Assembly (NCBI GenBank): GCA_046861655.1
Contig: JBHIAI010000033.1
Span: 1-15,947, forward strand
DNA from: Fidelibacterota bacterium
Lineage (GTDB): Bacteria; Fidelibacterota; Marinisomatia; Marinisomatales; S15-B10
Reading direction: 5' to 3'
Length of the DNA stretch: 15,947 nt
Shown: one piece after another, positions 1-6,975 of the stretch
How the letters are laid out: every line of letters starts with the position of its first letter
How positions within the stretch are numbered: position 1 is the stretch's first letter
Translations under genes and position numbers: made by a program
Notes under the pieces: model-generated
The model's input: only the letters and a program-made list of their open reading frames with translations
The model's database searches: none
What the model was told of the DNA's origin: nothing

Positions 1-445
1 CCGAGGCGCGATTCCCGGAGATCTTGAGACCCACCAGGTGGGGCCGTGAGGACGCATTGCAGTATATTCCTCCCCCCCATAACGCCAGGCCGTTTGTCAG
101 AGTAAAACCTGCGAGAACAGCCGTCGAATCCTCCCCGCTCTCGAAGGTCACAACGCTTCCGCTGCTGTCTCCATCGATGATGGTCCTGGTTATGTAAGAG
201 GTGTCTTGCATCACAACATAAAGGCTACCTACCACAATGTTCTTCCCGTTGAAATTGATGTTTTCCACGTACCTGCCTGTGTCCACCAGAACCGTATCTC
301 CGTCGACCGCCGCATCGATTCCGGCCTGAATGGTAGTGTGGTCTTGCGGAACTCTGATGGTGTTGGCTGAAGCAGTGGATGTGAACAGGAAAAGAGTCGA
401 GAGAAAAAAGGAGAATGAAATACGGCGAATAAACCTTACAAACAA
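1..445 (-). CDS. Secreted right-handed parallel beta-helix (pectin lyase-like / DUF1565-type) protein, N-terminal part; continues beyond the left edge
   Basis: Not in the ORF track; translated by hand. Probable TTG start at 445 gives MFVRFIRRISFSFFLSTLFLFTSTASA (signal peptide), then NTIRVPQDHTTIQAGIDAAVDGDTVLVDTGRYVENINFNGKNIVV...IIDGDSSGSVVTFESGEDSTAVLAGFTLTNG...GGGIYC. The frame is open to the window edge. The start codon is uncertain. Confidence 0.88.
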   Translation of the reverse strand, partial: MFVRFIRRISFSFFLSTLFLFTSTASANTIRVPQDHTTIQAGIDAAVDGDTVLVDTGRYVENINFNGKNIVVGSLYVVMQDTSYITRTIIDGDSSGSVVTFESGEDSTAVLAGFTLTNGLALWGGGIYCNASSRPHLVGLKISGNRAS

Positions 446-455
446 AATACAGGAC

Positions 456-1130
456 TTAACGAAACAATACCATCTTGCGGGTCCGGGTGAAACCCTGTCC
501 CGCCTGGGGATCGCCAGCCTCCATCCTGACGAAATAGAGGCCTGAAGGGACGTTGGTGGCGTTCCAAAGTACCGAGTGATTGCCTGCATGCATGTACTGA
601 TTCAGGATGGTTTCGACTTCTCCTCCCAACAGATCATAGACGGTCAAGGTCACAAAACCACTGTGTGGAATAGAAAAGTCAATGGTCGTGGCGGGATTGA
701 AGGGATTGGGGTAGTTGGGATACAACGCCGGGGTCCTGGGAAATTCCCCTTGTTCATCAAGGGAGGCCTGGGCATCCCGGATGGTGAAATCACCACTGAT
801 ATCGTCATAATCTGTTTCCACATTATCCATGTAGATTCTGATTCGCGCCAGCTCCGTTTCCACCTGGGGGACGGACCATTGATAGCTGGTCTCAGCTGGA
901 CCCAGATTGGATTCAATCACCTCCCAGCTTACACCGCCATCGGGAGAAAAATAGAGATCCCAGTTTTCCTGTTCATGCTGTATCGTAATCTGCCATTGTA
1001 TGTTGACCTTGTCCCCGAATTCAAAGGTTTCACCGCCCACAGGATAGATGAGATCGACGTGCCCCCAAACAGGATTTCCCAGGACCAGGGATAAAAGAAC
1101 ACCAAGACTCGTTTGCCGTTTCTTGCTCAT
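456..1130 (-). CDS. Secreted Ig-like protein with C-terminal T9SS type A-like sorting domain
   Basis: ATG at 1130 is preferred over the ORF-track start at 1172 because it gives a signal peptide (MSKKRQTSLGVLLSLVLGNPVWG). The Ig-like domain has YPVGGETF..GDKVNIQW..LYFSPDGGVSW..YQWSVP..ARIRI..DISGDFTI. The C-terminus LYPNYPNPFNPATTIDF...VYDLLG...SGLYFVRM...RKMVLFR is typical of secretion-tail domains. Confidence 0.88.
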   Translation of the reverse strand: MSKKRQTSLGVLLSLVLGNPVWGHVDLIYPVGGETFEFGDKVNIQWQITIQHEQENWDLYFSPDGGVSWEVIESNLGPAETSYQWSVPQVETELARIRIYMDNVETDYDDISGDFTIRDAQASLDEQGEFPRTPALYPNYPNPFNPATTIDFSIPHSGFVTLTVYDLLGGEVETILNQYMHAGNHSVLWNATNVPSGLYFVRMEAGDPQAGQGFTRTRKMVLFR

Positions 1131-1295
1131 ACGGACCAAAATCCTTTCCATGCGACCCAGGAAATGGTGCAACCCCCCAAGACTCCTGAACTCTTCCTAA
1201 GATACGGCCATTTTTCAGTGGCGGTCAAGGTTAGACTGTTGGAGCCTTTCACATGAACCCAAGGACGCACCAACCTGGCCAGGATGCTTAATACT

Positions 1296-1328
1296 CTTGT
1301 CAAAGGAGGTAACCTTGCCTTACCTTTG
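1296..1328 (+). promoter_or_regulatory. Possible promoter of the DUF1761 gene (Bacteroidetes-like -33/-7 pattern)
   Basis: CTTG (1296-1299), 21 nt, then TACCTTTG (1321-1328), which matches TAnnTTTG 40 nt upstream of the ATG. It overlaps an imperfect inverted repeat CAAAGG-AGGTAA..TTGCCT-TA-CCTTTG. Confidence 0.3.
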
Positions 1329-1368
1329 GATGTAAGCTTTCCCCACCAACGATAAAGGAGGGTCACTC

Positions 1369-1806
1369 ATGCCAGAAATTCAGGTAAGTATGCTTGCAAT
1401 CCTCGTGGCTGTCGTGGCGAACTTCGTTCTGGGCTTCGTCTGGTACACTCCCCTTTTCGGTCGTCCCTGGGCAAAGGAAATGGGATTTGACCCGGATCAA
1501 AAGATTCCCGGCAGCGAAATGGTCAGAGGGATGATCTTCATGGTCATCGGGAATTTCCTGTTGGCCTATGTCCTGGCCCATAACATCGCCGTGTGGAACC
1601 CAGAAACGTGGGGTCTCGGTCCCTCGGAAATGTCCGTGGTGTCAACGGCTGGTCAGGCCGCCTTTTTTACCTGGCTGGGGTTTTTCTTGCCTGTGGATTT
1701 GGGGAGGGTGGCCTGGGAAAAGAAATCCTGGAAGCTGTTCGGGATCAACACCGGCTATCATTTCGCCACCCTGCTGGTCGCGTCCCTGATTCTGGTCTAC
1801 ATGTAA
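1369..1806 (+). CDS. DUF1761 family membrane protein
   Basis: Four hydrophobic segments and the motifs AILVAVVANFVLGFVWYTPLFGRPWAKEMG and WEKKSWKLFGINTGYH. Strong RBS AAAGGAGG at about 1354-1361. Confidence 0.9.
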   Translation: MPEIQVSMLAILVAVVANFVLGFVWYTPLFGRPWAKEMGFDPDQKIPGSEMVRGMIFMVIGNFLLAYVLAHNIAVWNPETWGLGPSEMSVVSTAGQAAFFTWLGFFLPVDLGRVAWEKKSWKLFGINTGYHFATLLVASLILVYM

Positions 1807-1813
1807 AATCTGC

Positions 1814-2713
1814 TCAGCCGCCCCCGACAAAAAACTCCCCTCCGTCCCGCCGGAAGGGCATGGTGAGATAACTGGGACCCAGATCGTCCACATCTTCCCC
1901 CATATCCTCCACGAGTTCAGGGGGCATATTCCCCTGGCGGATCAACAGATAGGGGATCATCGTATAGAGACCTTCCTGTAGTTCACAGGGGGGCCAGGTG
2001 AGCACCATATTCAGGGCCTTTGATTCCCGGGACACTATTTCCGGAGCCAGCTGCCACGTTGTCCCGAAACCGATAGCATTGACAAAATTGCCCGCCTGAT
2101 CAACGATGATCAACCCGGATCGGCTCAACGTCCTGTTTTCCACCTTCTTCAGTGATTCCACCGTTACATCGTCTGACAGAGCCCGGAGCGTTACGGACAC
2201 CGCAACCTGACCCCGGTAATAGCGGGGAAAAGACTCCGGGATTACATCGGTATGGATGGTCAAGATTCTTTTCAGGTGTATGACGTCTGCCAGTTTCCCC
2301 CGTTCATCCAGGTCACCCCTGGACCGGGCGACATCGCCGTTCACCAGAACCACCTGTGCCGAATCGATCCCATAATTGGCCACATAGAAATAGAGTGAAA
2401 AGGTGCCGCTGTGACCGGTCACCCCACCTCCTTGCGAGGGAGCTGGAAGGGAAAGGACAAACTCACCTTTTTCATCCGTCCAGGTTGACACCCTGACGTC
2501 CTCCAACCATACGAATACGCCCCCGGGACTGGATCCATCTGCAAGAAGGACCCGTCCCCCGATGCTCCGGGGTGAGACCTCTTCCCCCGCCACGAAGGGA
2601 TTGTCCGTACATGAAACGACCAGACCCAGAATCGTGGACAGAACCACACACCGGATAAAGCGAGCTGCCCGCACCGGATACCCCCGATCAGAATGGACGC
2701 GTGATGGAATCAT
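1814..2713 (-). CDS. Putative lipoprotein with an N-terminal carboxypeptidase-regulatory-like (beta-sandwich) domain
   Basis: Hydrophobic stretch ending in lipobox-like LVVS-C-TDNPF, followed by IGGRVLLADG...GVFVWLE....TWTDEKGEFVL. It starts 6 nt after the TBDR stop. The start may be slightly downstream. Confidence 0.75.
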   Translation of the reverse strand: MIPSRVHSDRGYPVRAARFIRCVVLSTILGLVVSCTDNPFVAGEEVSPRSIGGRVLLADGSSPGGVFVWLEDVRVSTWTDEKGEFVLSLPAPSQGGGVTGHSGTFSLYFYVANYGIDSAQVVLVNGDVARSRGDLDERGKLADVIHLKRILTIHTDVIPESFPRYYRGQVAVSVTLRALSDDVTVESLKKVENRTLSRSGLIIVDQAGNFVNAIGFGTTWQLAPEIVSRESKALNMVLTWPPCELQEGLYTMIPYLLIRQGNMPPELVEDMGEDVDDLGPSYLTMPFRRDGGEFFVGGG

Positions 2714-2719
2714 AGGTCC

Positions 2720-4957
2720 CTAAACCTGTGCCCCTACAGTGAGGTATACCCTCCGGTCCCTCAGAGCGAGACCTTCTAAATCAACATCCCTGTTCAACAG
2801 ATTCCGGCCTGAAATATTGACCAACAGTCTCATTCTTCCCCATTGAATGGCCTTTCTTAGATGAAGGTCAAGATTGGTCTGAGAGGGAAGAGAAACTTCT
2901 GCCAGGTTTCCCGTTTCCTGGTAGATCCACCCCACCTGCTCACCTTCCTTAAACACGGTGAGCTGAAGGGAATACCCGGCATGGTCGAAGGTTACGCCTG
3001 AGGAAATCTTTGTTTCAGATTTGAAGGGAAACGCCGCCTTTTCGGAAACATCGTACAGCGACAAGGCAAGCTCAAGGGTTAGTTTCTTCTGAAACATGGT
3101 GATCTCAGACCGGGTCTCCAGGCCTGTTAGGCCGGCGGTCTCCACGTTGTCGTACAAAGCCACAGGAATTCCCACCGGGTAGAATACTCTCAGCTTGTTC
3201 CTGTAATCGTTTCGGAACAGGTTCAGTGACAGCTCATAGGCGTCGATCGCCGGGTGACCTGGGGTCTGGGTCCTGACGCTGAGGCCAAGCTCCACCGCCG
3301 TAATCTCCTCCGGGTTGAGGTTGGATCGAGTAACGTCCAGCTGAAGAGCTTCGGGCGAGCTGATCTGCTGGAAGATCGTTGGGAATCTTACGTTGGTGCC
3401 ATAATTCATGTAGATGTCAAATCTTCTGTGCTCAACACCCCCTGTAAAATGAGTAGACAGCTTGAAGGTGGTTCTGGACCATCCCTTCCGGTCGAACAAG
3501 ACAAAGGAAGATGCCCTCCCTTCTCCCCTTACCACTGCATCCTCCTGGGAATCCATCACGAAATCACGCCGAATACTGAGATCGAAATCGGTGACCTGGA
3601 TTTCGTTCGACAGGCTTGGACTGTGAAACTTTACGATGGATGCCACACCCTGGCGCTGCCGAAAGAACGTGGCCTGTTCCAGACCGACCGACTGTTCCTC
3701 CGTCAGGGTTCGTCTGTCCTGGAAAACCAGGCCCGCCTCTTCAGAATCCACTTTCAGAAGCCATTCCGCTCGGTCCCACTCGAAACGCTTTTGAGCACTA
3801 AGATGGATGGACCGGTCCTGGAAATCTCTCACCACGGTTCCGTACCGGCTGAACAGCGACTGGGACTCATCCCATGCGTGATGCGATAAGGATAGGTCCA
3901 GCTTCCGGATGCCAGCCAGGTCTCCCCCGTACCGCAACAGGGCCACCTGATTGAAGTCGGTCAGGGATTCGCCATCCCGGTGGTCGGTGTAAGTTTGGGA
4001 CGAGCGAAGAAAGGATGCCGACAGGGTTCGGTCCCGCCGGTCGCTGGATCCTTTTTCCCCCGATTGAAGAATCAGATTGGCGGAATGGTTTTCCGACGTA
4101 TTCTCCAGAAACTCTCCCTCAAAGAATTTTCTCCGGCTGGCCCCCTGCTTGTAGTTGTAGGAGCCGTGGAAGCCGCCGGTTCCATAGTACAGGTTGAGTC
4201 CCCAGTCTCCAGAATCGTAGGTCCCGATTCGCTGCTGAAACCTCGCATTATAACTCTGCTGAACCCTGGGAACGATGTTGATGATGCCGGAAAACGCTTC
4301 GGATCCGTAGAGCGTGGTGTTGCTCCCTTTGATGATCTCCAGCCGATCCACATCTTCTAGGCTGATCAAAGAAAGATCAAACAGATGATTATAGGTGCTG
4401 TTCAGTTTCGTCCCGTTGTACAGGATTACCACGTCCTCGGGGTTTCCGGCCCGGATAGCCACGGTTTTCCTGCCACTCAGTTGTTCTTCCACCTGGATGC
4501 TGTGATCCTTCCTCAAGAGATCGGCAGCGTCGATGAATCCCCTGATTTCAAAGTCCTCGGCCCCTATGACAGAGATGGTCTGGGGAAGGTCCCTTTCAAT
4601 TTCCGGGACCCTCCCCGGGGCTTCTACCTGCAGTTCCTCCATGGGAATGACTCTGGGCCGAAGATAGATAATCCGCCGGGAAATCAGCTTCTCCACCCTG
4701 ATCTCCTGGGCCTCATATCCGATATGCTGAAAGACCACTACCGTTTCCGGAACAGTTTCCGGAATCTCAAGAGAGAATCTTCCCGCGAAGTCGCTGGTGG
4801 TTCCCGTCTGTGTGTCCTTGATGAAGATGTTTACTCCCGGGATCTGCCGGTGGGTGTTGACATCCTGGACCTCTCCCTCGAGCACGATGTCCCTGCCCGC
4901 CTGAGCGTGTGCCAGGGCACAAAAGGCCAGGAAAATCCAGATGAGGGACGCTCTCAT
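2720..4957 (-). CDS. TonB-dependent receptor with N-terminal CarboxypepD_reg-like domain
   Basis: Signal peptide (AHA|Q). N-terminal domain GEVQD..T...IPGVNIFI....GTTSDFAGRFSL...HIGYE. Plug motifs IRAG...DVVILYNG and VDRLEIIKGSNTTLYGSEAFSGIINIV. Barrel motifs LNPE, ELG and RNLLN near the C-terminus. RBS GGAG lies inside the upstream gene. Confidence 0.92.
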   Translation of the reverse strand: MRASLIWIFLAFCALAHAQAGRDIVLEGEVQDVNTHRQIPGVNIFIKDTQTGTTSDFAGRFSLEIPETVPETVVVFQHIGYEAQEIRVEKLISRRIIYLRPRVIPMEELQVEAPGRVPEIERDLPQTISVIGAEDFEIRGFIDAADLLRKDHSIQVEEQLSGRKTVAIRAGNPEDVVILYNGTKLNSTYNHLFDLSLISLEDVDRLEIIKGSNTTLYGSEAFSGIINIVPRVQQSYNARFQQRIGTYDSGDWGLNLYYGTGGFHGSYNYKQGASRRKFFEGEFLENTSENHSANLILQSGEKGSSDRRDRTLSASFLRSSQTYTDHRDGESLTDFNQVALLRYGGDLAGIRKLDLSLSHHAWDESQSLFSRYGTVVRDFQDRSIHLSAQKRFEWDRAEWLLKVDSEEAGLVFQDRRTLTEEQSVGLEQATFFRQRQGVASIVKFHSPSLSNEIQVTDFDLSIRRDFVMDSQEDAVVRGEGRASSFVLFDRKGWSRTTFKLSTHFTGGVEHRRFDIYMNYGTNVRFPTIFQQISSPEALQLDVTRSNLNPEEITAVELGLSVRTQTPGHPAIDAYELSLNLFRNDYRNKLRVFYPVGIPVALYDNVETAGLTGLETRSEITMFQKKLTLELALSLYDVSEKAAFPFKSETKISSGVTFDHAGYSLQLTVFKEGEQVGWIYQETGNLAEVSLPSQTNLDLHLRKAIQWGRMRLLVNISGRNLLNRDVDLEGLALRDRRVYLTVGAQV

Positions 4958-6310
4958 CTACCAGTCTCCCCAGGGTCCCCCGTAGGCACCCATATCGTTG
5001 CGCGATCCGTCGGGGTCTTTGTATTCGGAACCGGGATGACCGGCATCAATACAGGGGGAACCGGGAAGAAGACGAAAATCACCTGAAGAGGAGTCCACGA
5101 ATCGAGGGGAGGCGCTGATGTTCCCCGTTCCCTCCCTGTACCCTTGAATGTCGCTGTAGGAGGCGCTTCGCCACAGCCGGTCTTCCTGGCTCCATGAAGA
5201 GTTTCCCCAGACGATCGTGTTCAGATAGGTAGGTCGAGCTTTTTTCATGTACACGGCCCCCAGGTCTCCGTTAGCAAGACCGGATTCATTCCCGAACAGT
5301 ACACAATTCACGATGACAGGTTCCGCCAATTCGCCTATAAGAATCCCTCCCCCTCCGTTCGCGGCTTCATTGTGGTCAATGATAGAATTCATGATGGTGG
5401 GTTGGCCATAAAGGGCCAGTCCTCCTCCCCGGTTCCACGCTCGGTTCCTCGAGATCCGGGTCCGGAGCACCCTGGCATGGTCCTTCACCGTCATTCCTGC
5501 CCCGTGGGCTGTCTCTCCAAGCCAGGGCAACCGGGTGTTGCCGGAAACGACGCAGTCGCGTACTTCCGCGGAATCTTCCACCACTACGGCCGACTCGCCG
5601 CCGTAGCCGTTTGTCACTTCACAATCCTCCATCACTGCCGTTCCCGAAAGGTGAACACCTCCCCGGACGAAGGTGAATCCCCGGAGGACGCCCCGGTTCA
5701 TGGTTAGGAGGGTTCCCGGTCTGTTCACCACAGTTTTTTCTCTTCCAGCCACGCTTTCAATAAGGACGTCTTTCCCGATGAACTTCAGGGGATTGGTAAC
5801 GGTGCAGGGGGTTGGAGGATTCACATGCAGAGTATCCCCGTCGTCGATGAACGGGCTGTCAAAGGCCTCCTGAAGACATTCGATCTCATCGGGAACTGTG
5901 ATGGACGTGGTGCGGATGATAATCCGCTCCGTTATGGCTTCGTCCGTTTCGCCGCCGGCACCTATCATCCGTACCCTGTACCGGTAAATTTCGTCGTCAT
6001 CCAGGGTATCGGTCCAGGTGGTCACCAAAGGATCGGTGATGACCTTTCTTTCGGACCATACCTCCTCTCCGTCCTTCAGCACAGAACGTTCCACGGTATA
6101 CCTCTCAAACCTCGCGAAGGTGATCTGCGACCAGGAAAGGGTTATGGGTTGATTCTGGGTGAGTTTCGGACCGCCTTCAAAATCATGGGTCAGGTCAAAC
6201 GTGTCCTCCTCCCCGCCACCGCCCGGGGTCAGGATGCTCTCACAGGACAGTAGGAACATCCCCAGGAAGAAGATAACAGCTTTGGGACCAACTCTAACCG
6301 GTCGGTTCAC
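4958..6310 (-). CDS. Lipoprotein with FN3-like domain and right-handed parallel beta-helix repeats
   Basis: GTG start and lipobox FLLS-C (Cys23). FN3-like LSW..F.RYTVERS...WTD....YRYRV. Beta-helix repeats (ISRNRA.NRGGGL, IIDHNEA.NGGGGI, NTIVWGN). C-terminal PRFVD...DFRLLPGSPCIDAG...DGSRNDMGAYGG motif. Confidence 0.88.
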   Translation of the reverse strand: MNRPVRVGPKAVIFFLGMFLLSCESILTPGGGGEEDTFDLTHDFEGGPKLTQNQPITLSWSQITFARFERYTVERSVLKDGEEVWSERKVITDPLVTTWTDTLDDDEIYRYRVRMIGAGGETDEAITERIIIRTTSITVPDEIECLQEAFDSPFIDDGDTLHVNPPTPCTVTNPLKFIGKDVLIESVAGREKTVVNRPGTLLTMNRGVLRGFTFVRGGVHLSGTAVMEDCEVTNGYGGESAVVVEDSAEVRDCVVSGNTRLPWLGETAHGAGMTVKDHARVLRTRISRNRAWNRGGGLALYGQPTIMNSIIDHNEAANGGGGILIGELAEPVIVNCVLFGNESGLANGDLGAVYMKKARPTYLNTIVWGNSSWSQEDRLWRSASYSDIQGYREGTGNISASPRFVDSSSGDFRLLPGSPCIDAGHPGSEYKDPDGSRNDMGAYGGPWGDW

Positions 6311-6460
6311 GGGTATGTTGATTGTTATCGAATACGCCTCAGGATTCTCACAGCGTCAACGCCTTGACAGCCTGGTCCCGGTCATTTCTCTAAAACATAA
6401 GCAATCCCCAGGGCAAAGCCGAGACAATCGTGCCCCGGGGGAACTACTGATTAAGGATAT

Positions 6461-6499
6461 AAAGAAACAGGGCATCCCGCCGGAGCGGGACGCCCTGTT
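6461..6499 (-). terminator. Rho-independent terminator of the cold-shock gene
   Basis: On the minus strand AACAGGGCGTCCCGC-TCCG-GCGGGATGCCCTGTT forms a 15-bp stem with one G-U pair, followed by TCTTT. It lies 50 nt after the csp stop. Confidence 0.85.
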
Positions 6500-6549
6500 A
6501 CCGTCTTATCCTACGGACAAGACAGATACTCTGATGGAACGGGTCCTGT

Positions 6550-6759
6550 TCAGAGAATGGTCACTTTTGCGGCTGCCTCACCTTTTTCGGTGGTGACAAC
6601 CTCAAACTCAACCCTGTCATTCTCTTTCAAGGTCCGGAATCCATTTCCTTCAATGGAAGTGAAATGGACAAAAAGATCATCGCCTTCTTCACGACTGATG
6701 AAGCCGAAACCCTTTTTGTCGTTGAACCATTTCACCGTTCCAGTTTCTCGTTCTGACAT
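6550..6759 (-). CDS. cspA: Cold-shock protein (CspA family)
   Basis: [15 protein letters not shown] (RNP1), DLFVHFTSI (RNP2) and GFRTLKE; RBS AGGAG 9 nt upstream. Which paralog it is cannot be resolved. Confidence 0.97.
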   Translation of the reverse strand: MSERETGTVKWFNDKKGFGFISREEGDDLFVHFTSIEGNGFRTLKENDRVEFEVVTTEKGEAAAKVTIL

Positions 6760-6894
6760 GTTGAATTGCTCCTGTTTAGTGTTTTCGATTTTGTCTTATA
6801 GTAGTGAAGGGAAATTGAGGCTAGAGCTACTACTTACAATCTAGATAGTGCTGTTAGACCTGCATTCGCTGCATTACCTGACACAACAGCAGCT

Positions 6895-6923
6895 AGTTTA
6901 AGAGAAATACGCGGTGAAAACAA
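6895..6923 (-). promoter_or_regulatory. Putative sigma70-type promoter of the csp gene
   Basis: Minus strand TTGTTT (6923-6918), 17 nt, TAAACT (6900-6895), in an AT-rich context. Implies a 5' UTR of about 130 nt. Confidence 0.45.
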
Positions 6924-6954
6924 TTCTTTTGTCAAAAAACCTTTGGTCTGGTTG

Positions 6955-6975
6955 AAAAGAGGGGGAAACCGCCTC
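6955..6975 (-). terminator. Possible weak terminator after the methyltransferase gene
   Basis: Minus strand GAGGCGG-TTT-CCCCCTC followed by TTTT, overlapping the stop codon. The stem is short and has one mismatch. Confidence 0.3.

Noticed and set aside
330..545. 71-aa plus-strand ORF
   Set aside because: Overlaps two well-supported minus-strand genes.
3254..5086. Plus-strand ORFs of 211, 126 and 233 aa
   Set aside because: Antisense to the TBDR; expected from GC-rich codon bias.
6311..6460. Cobalamin or TPP riboswitch upstream of the TBDR operon
   Set aside because: Conserved core motifs were not found by eye.
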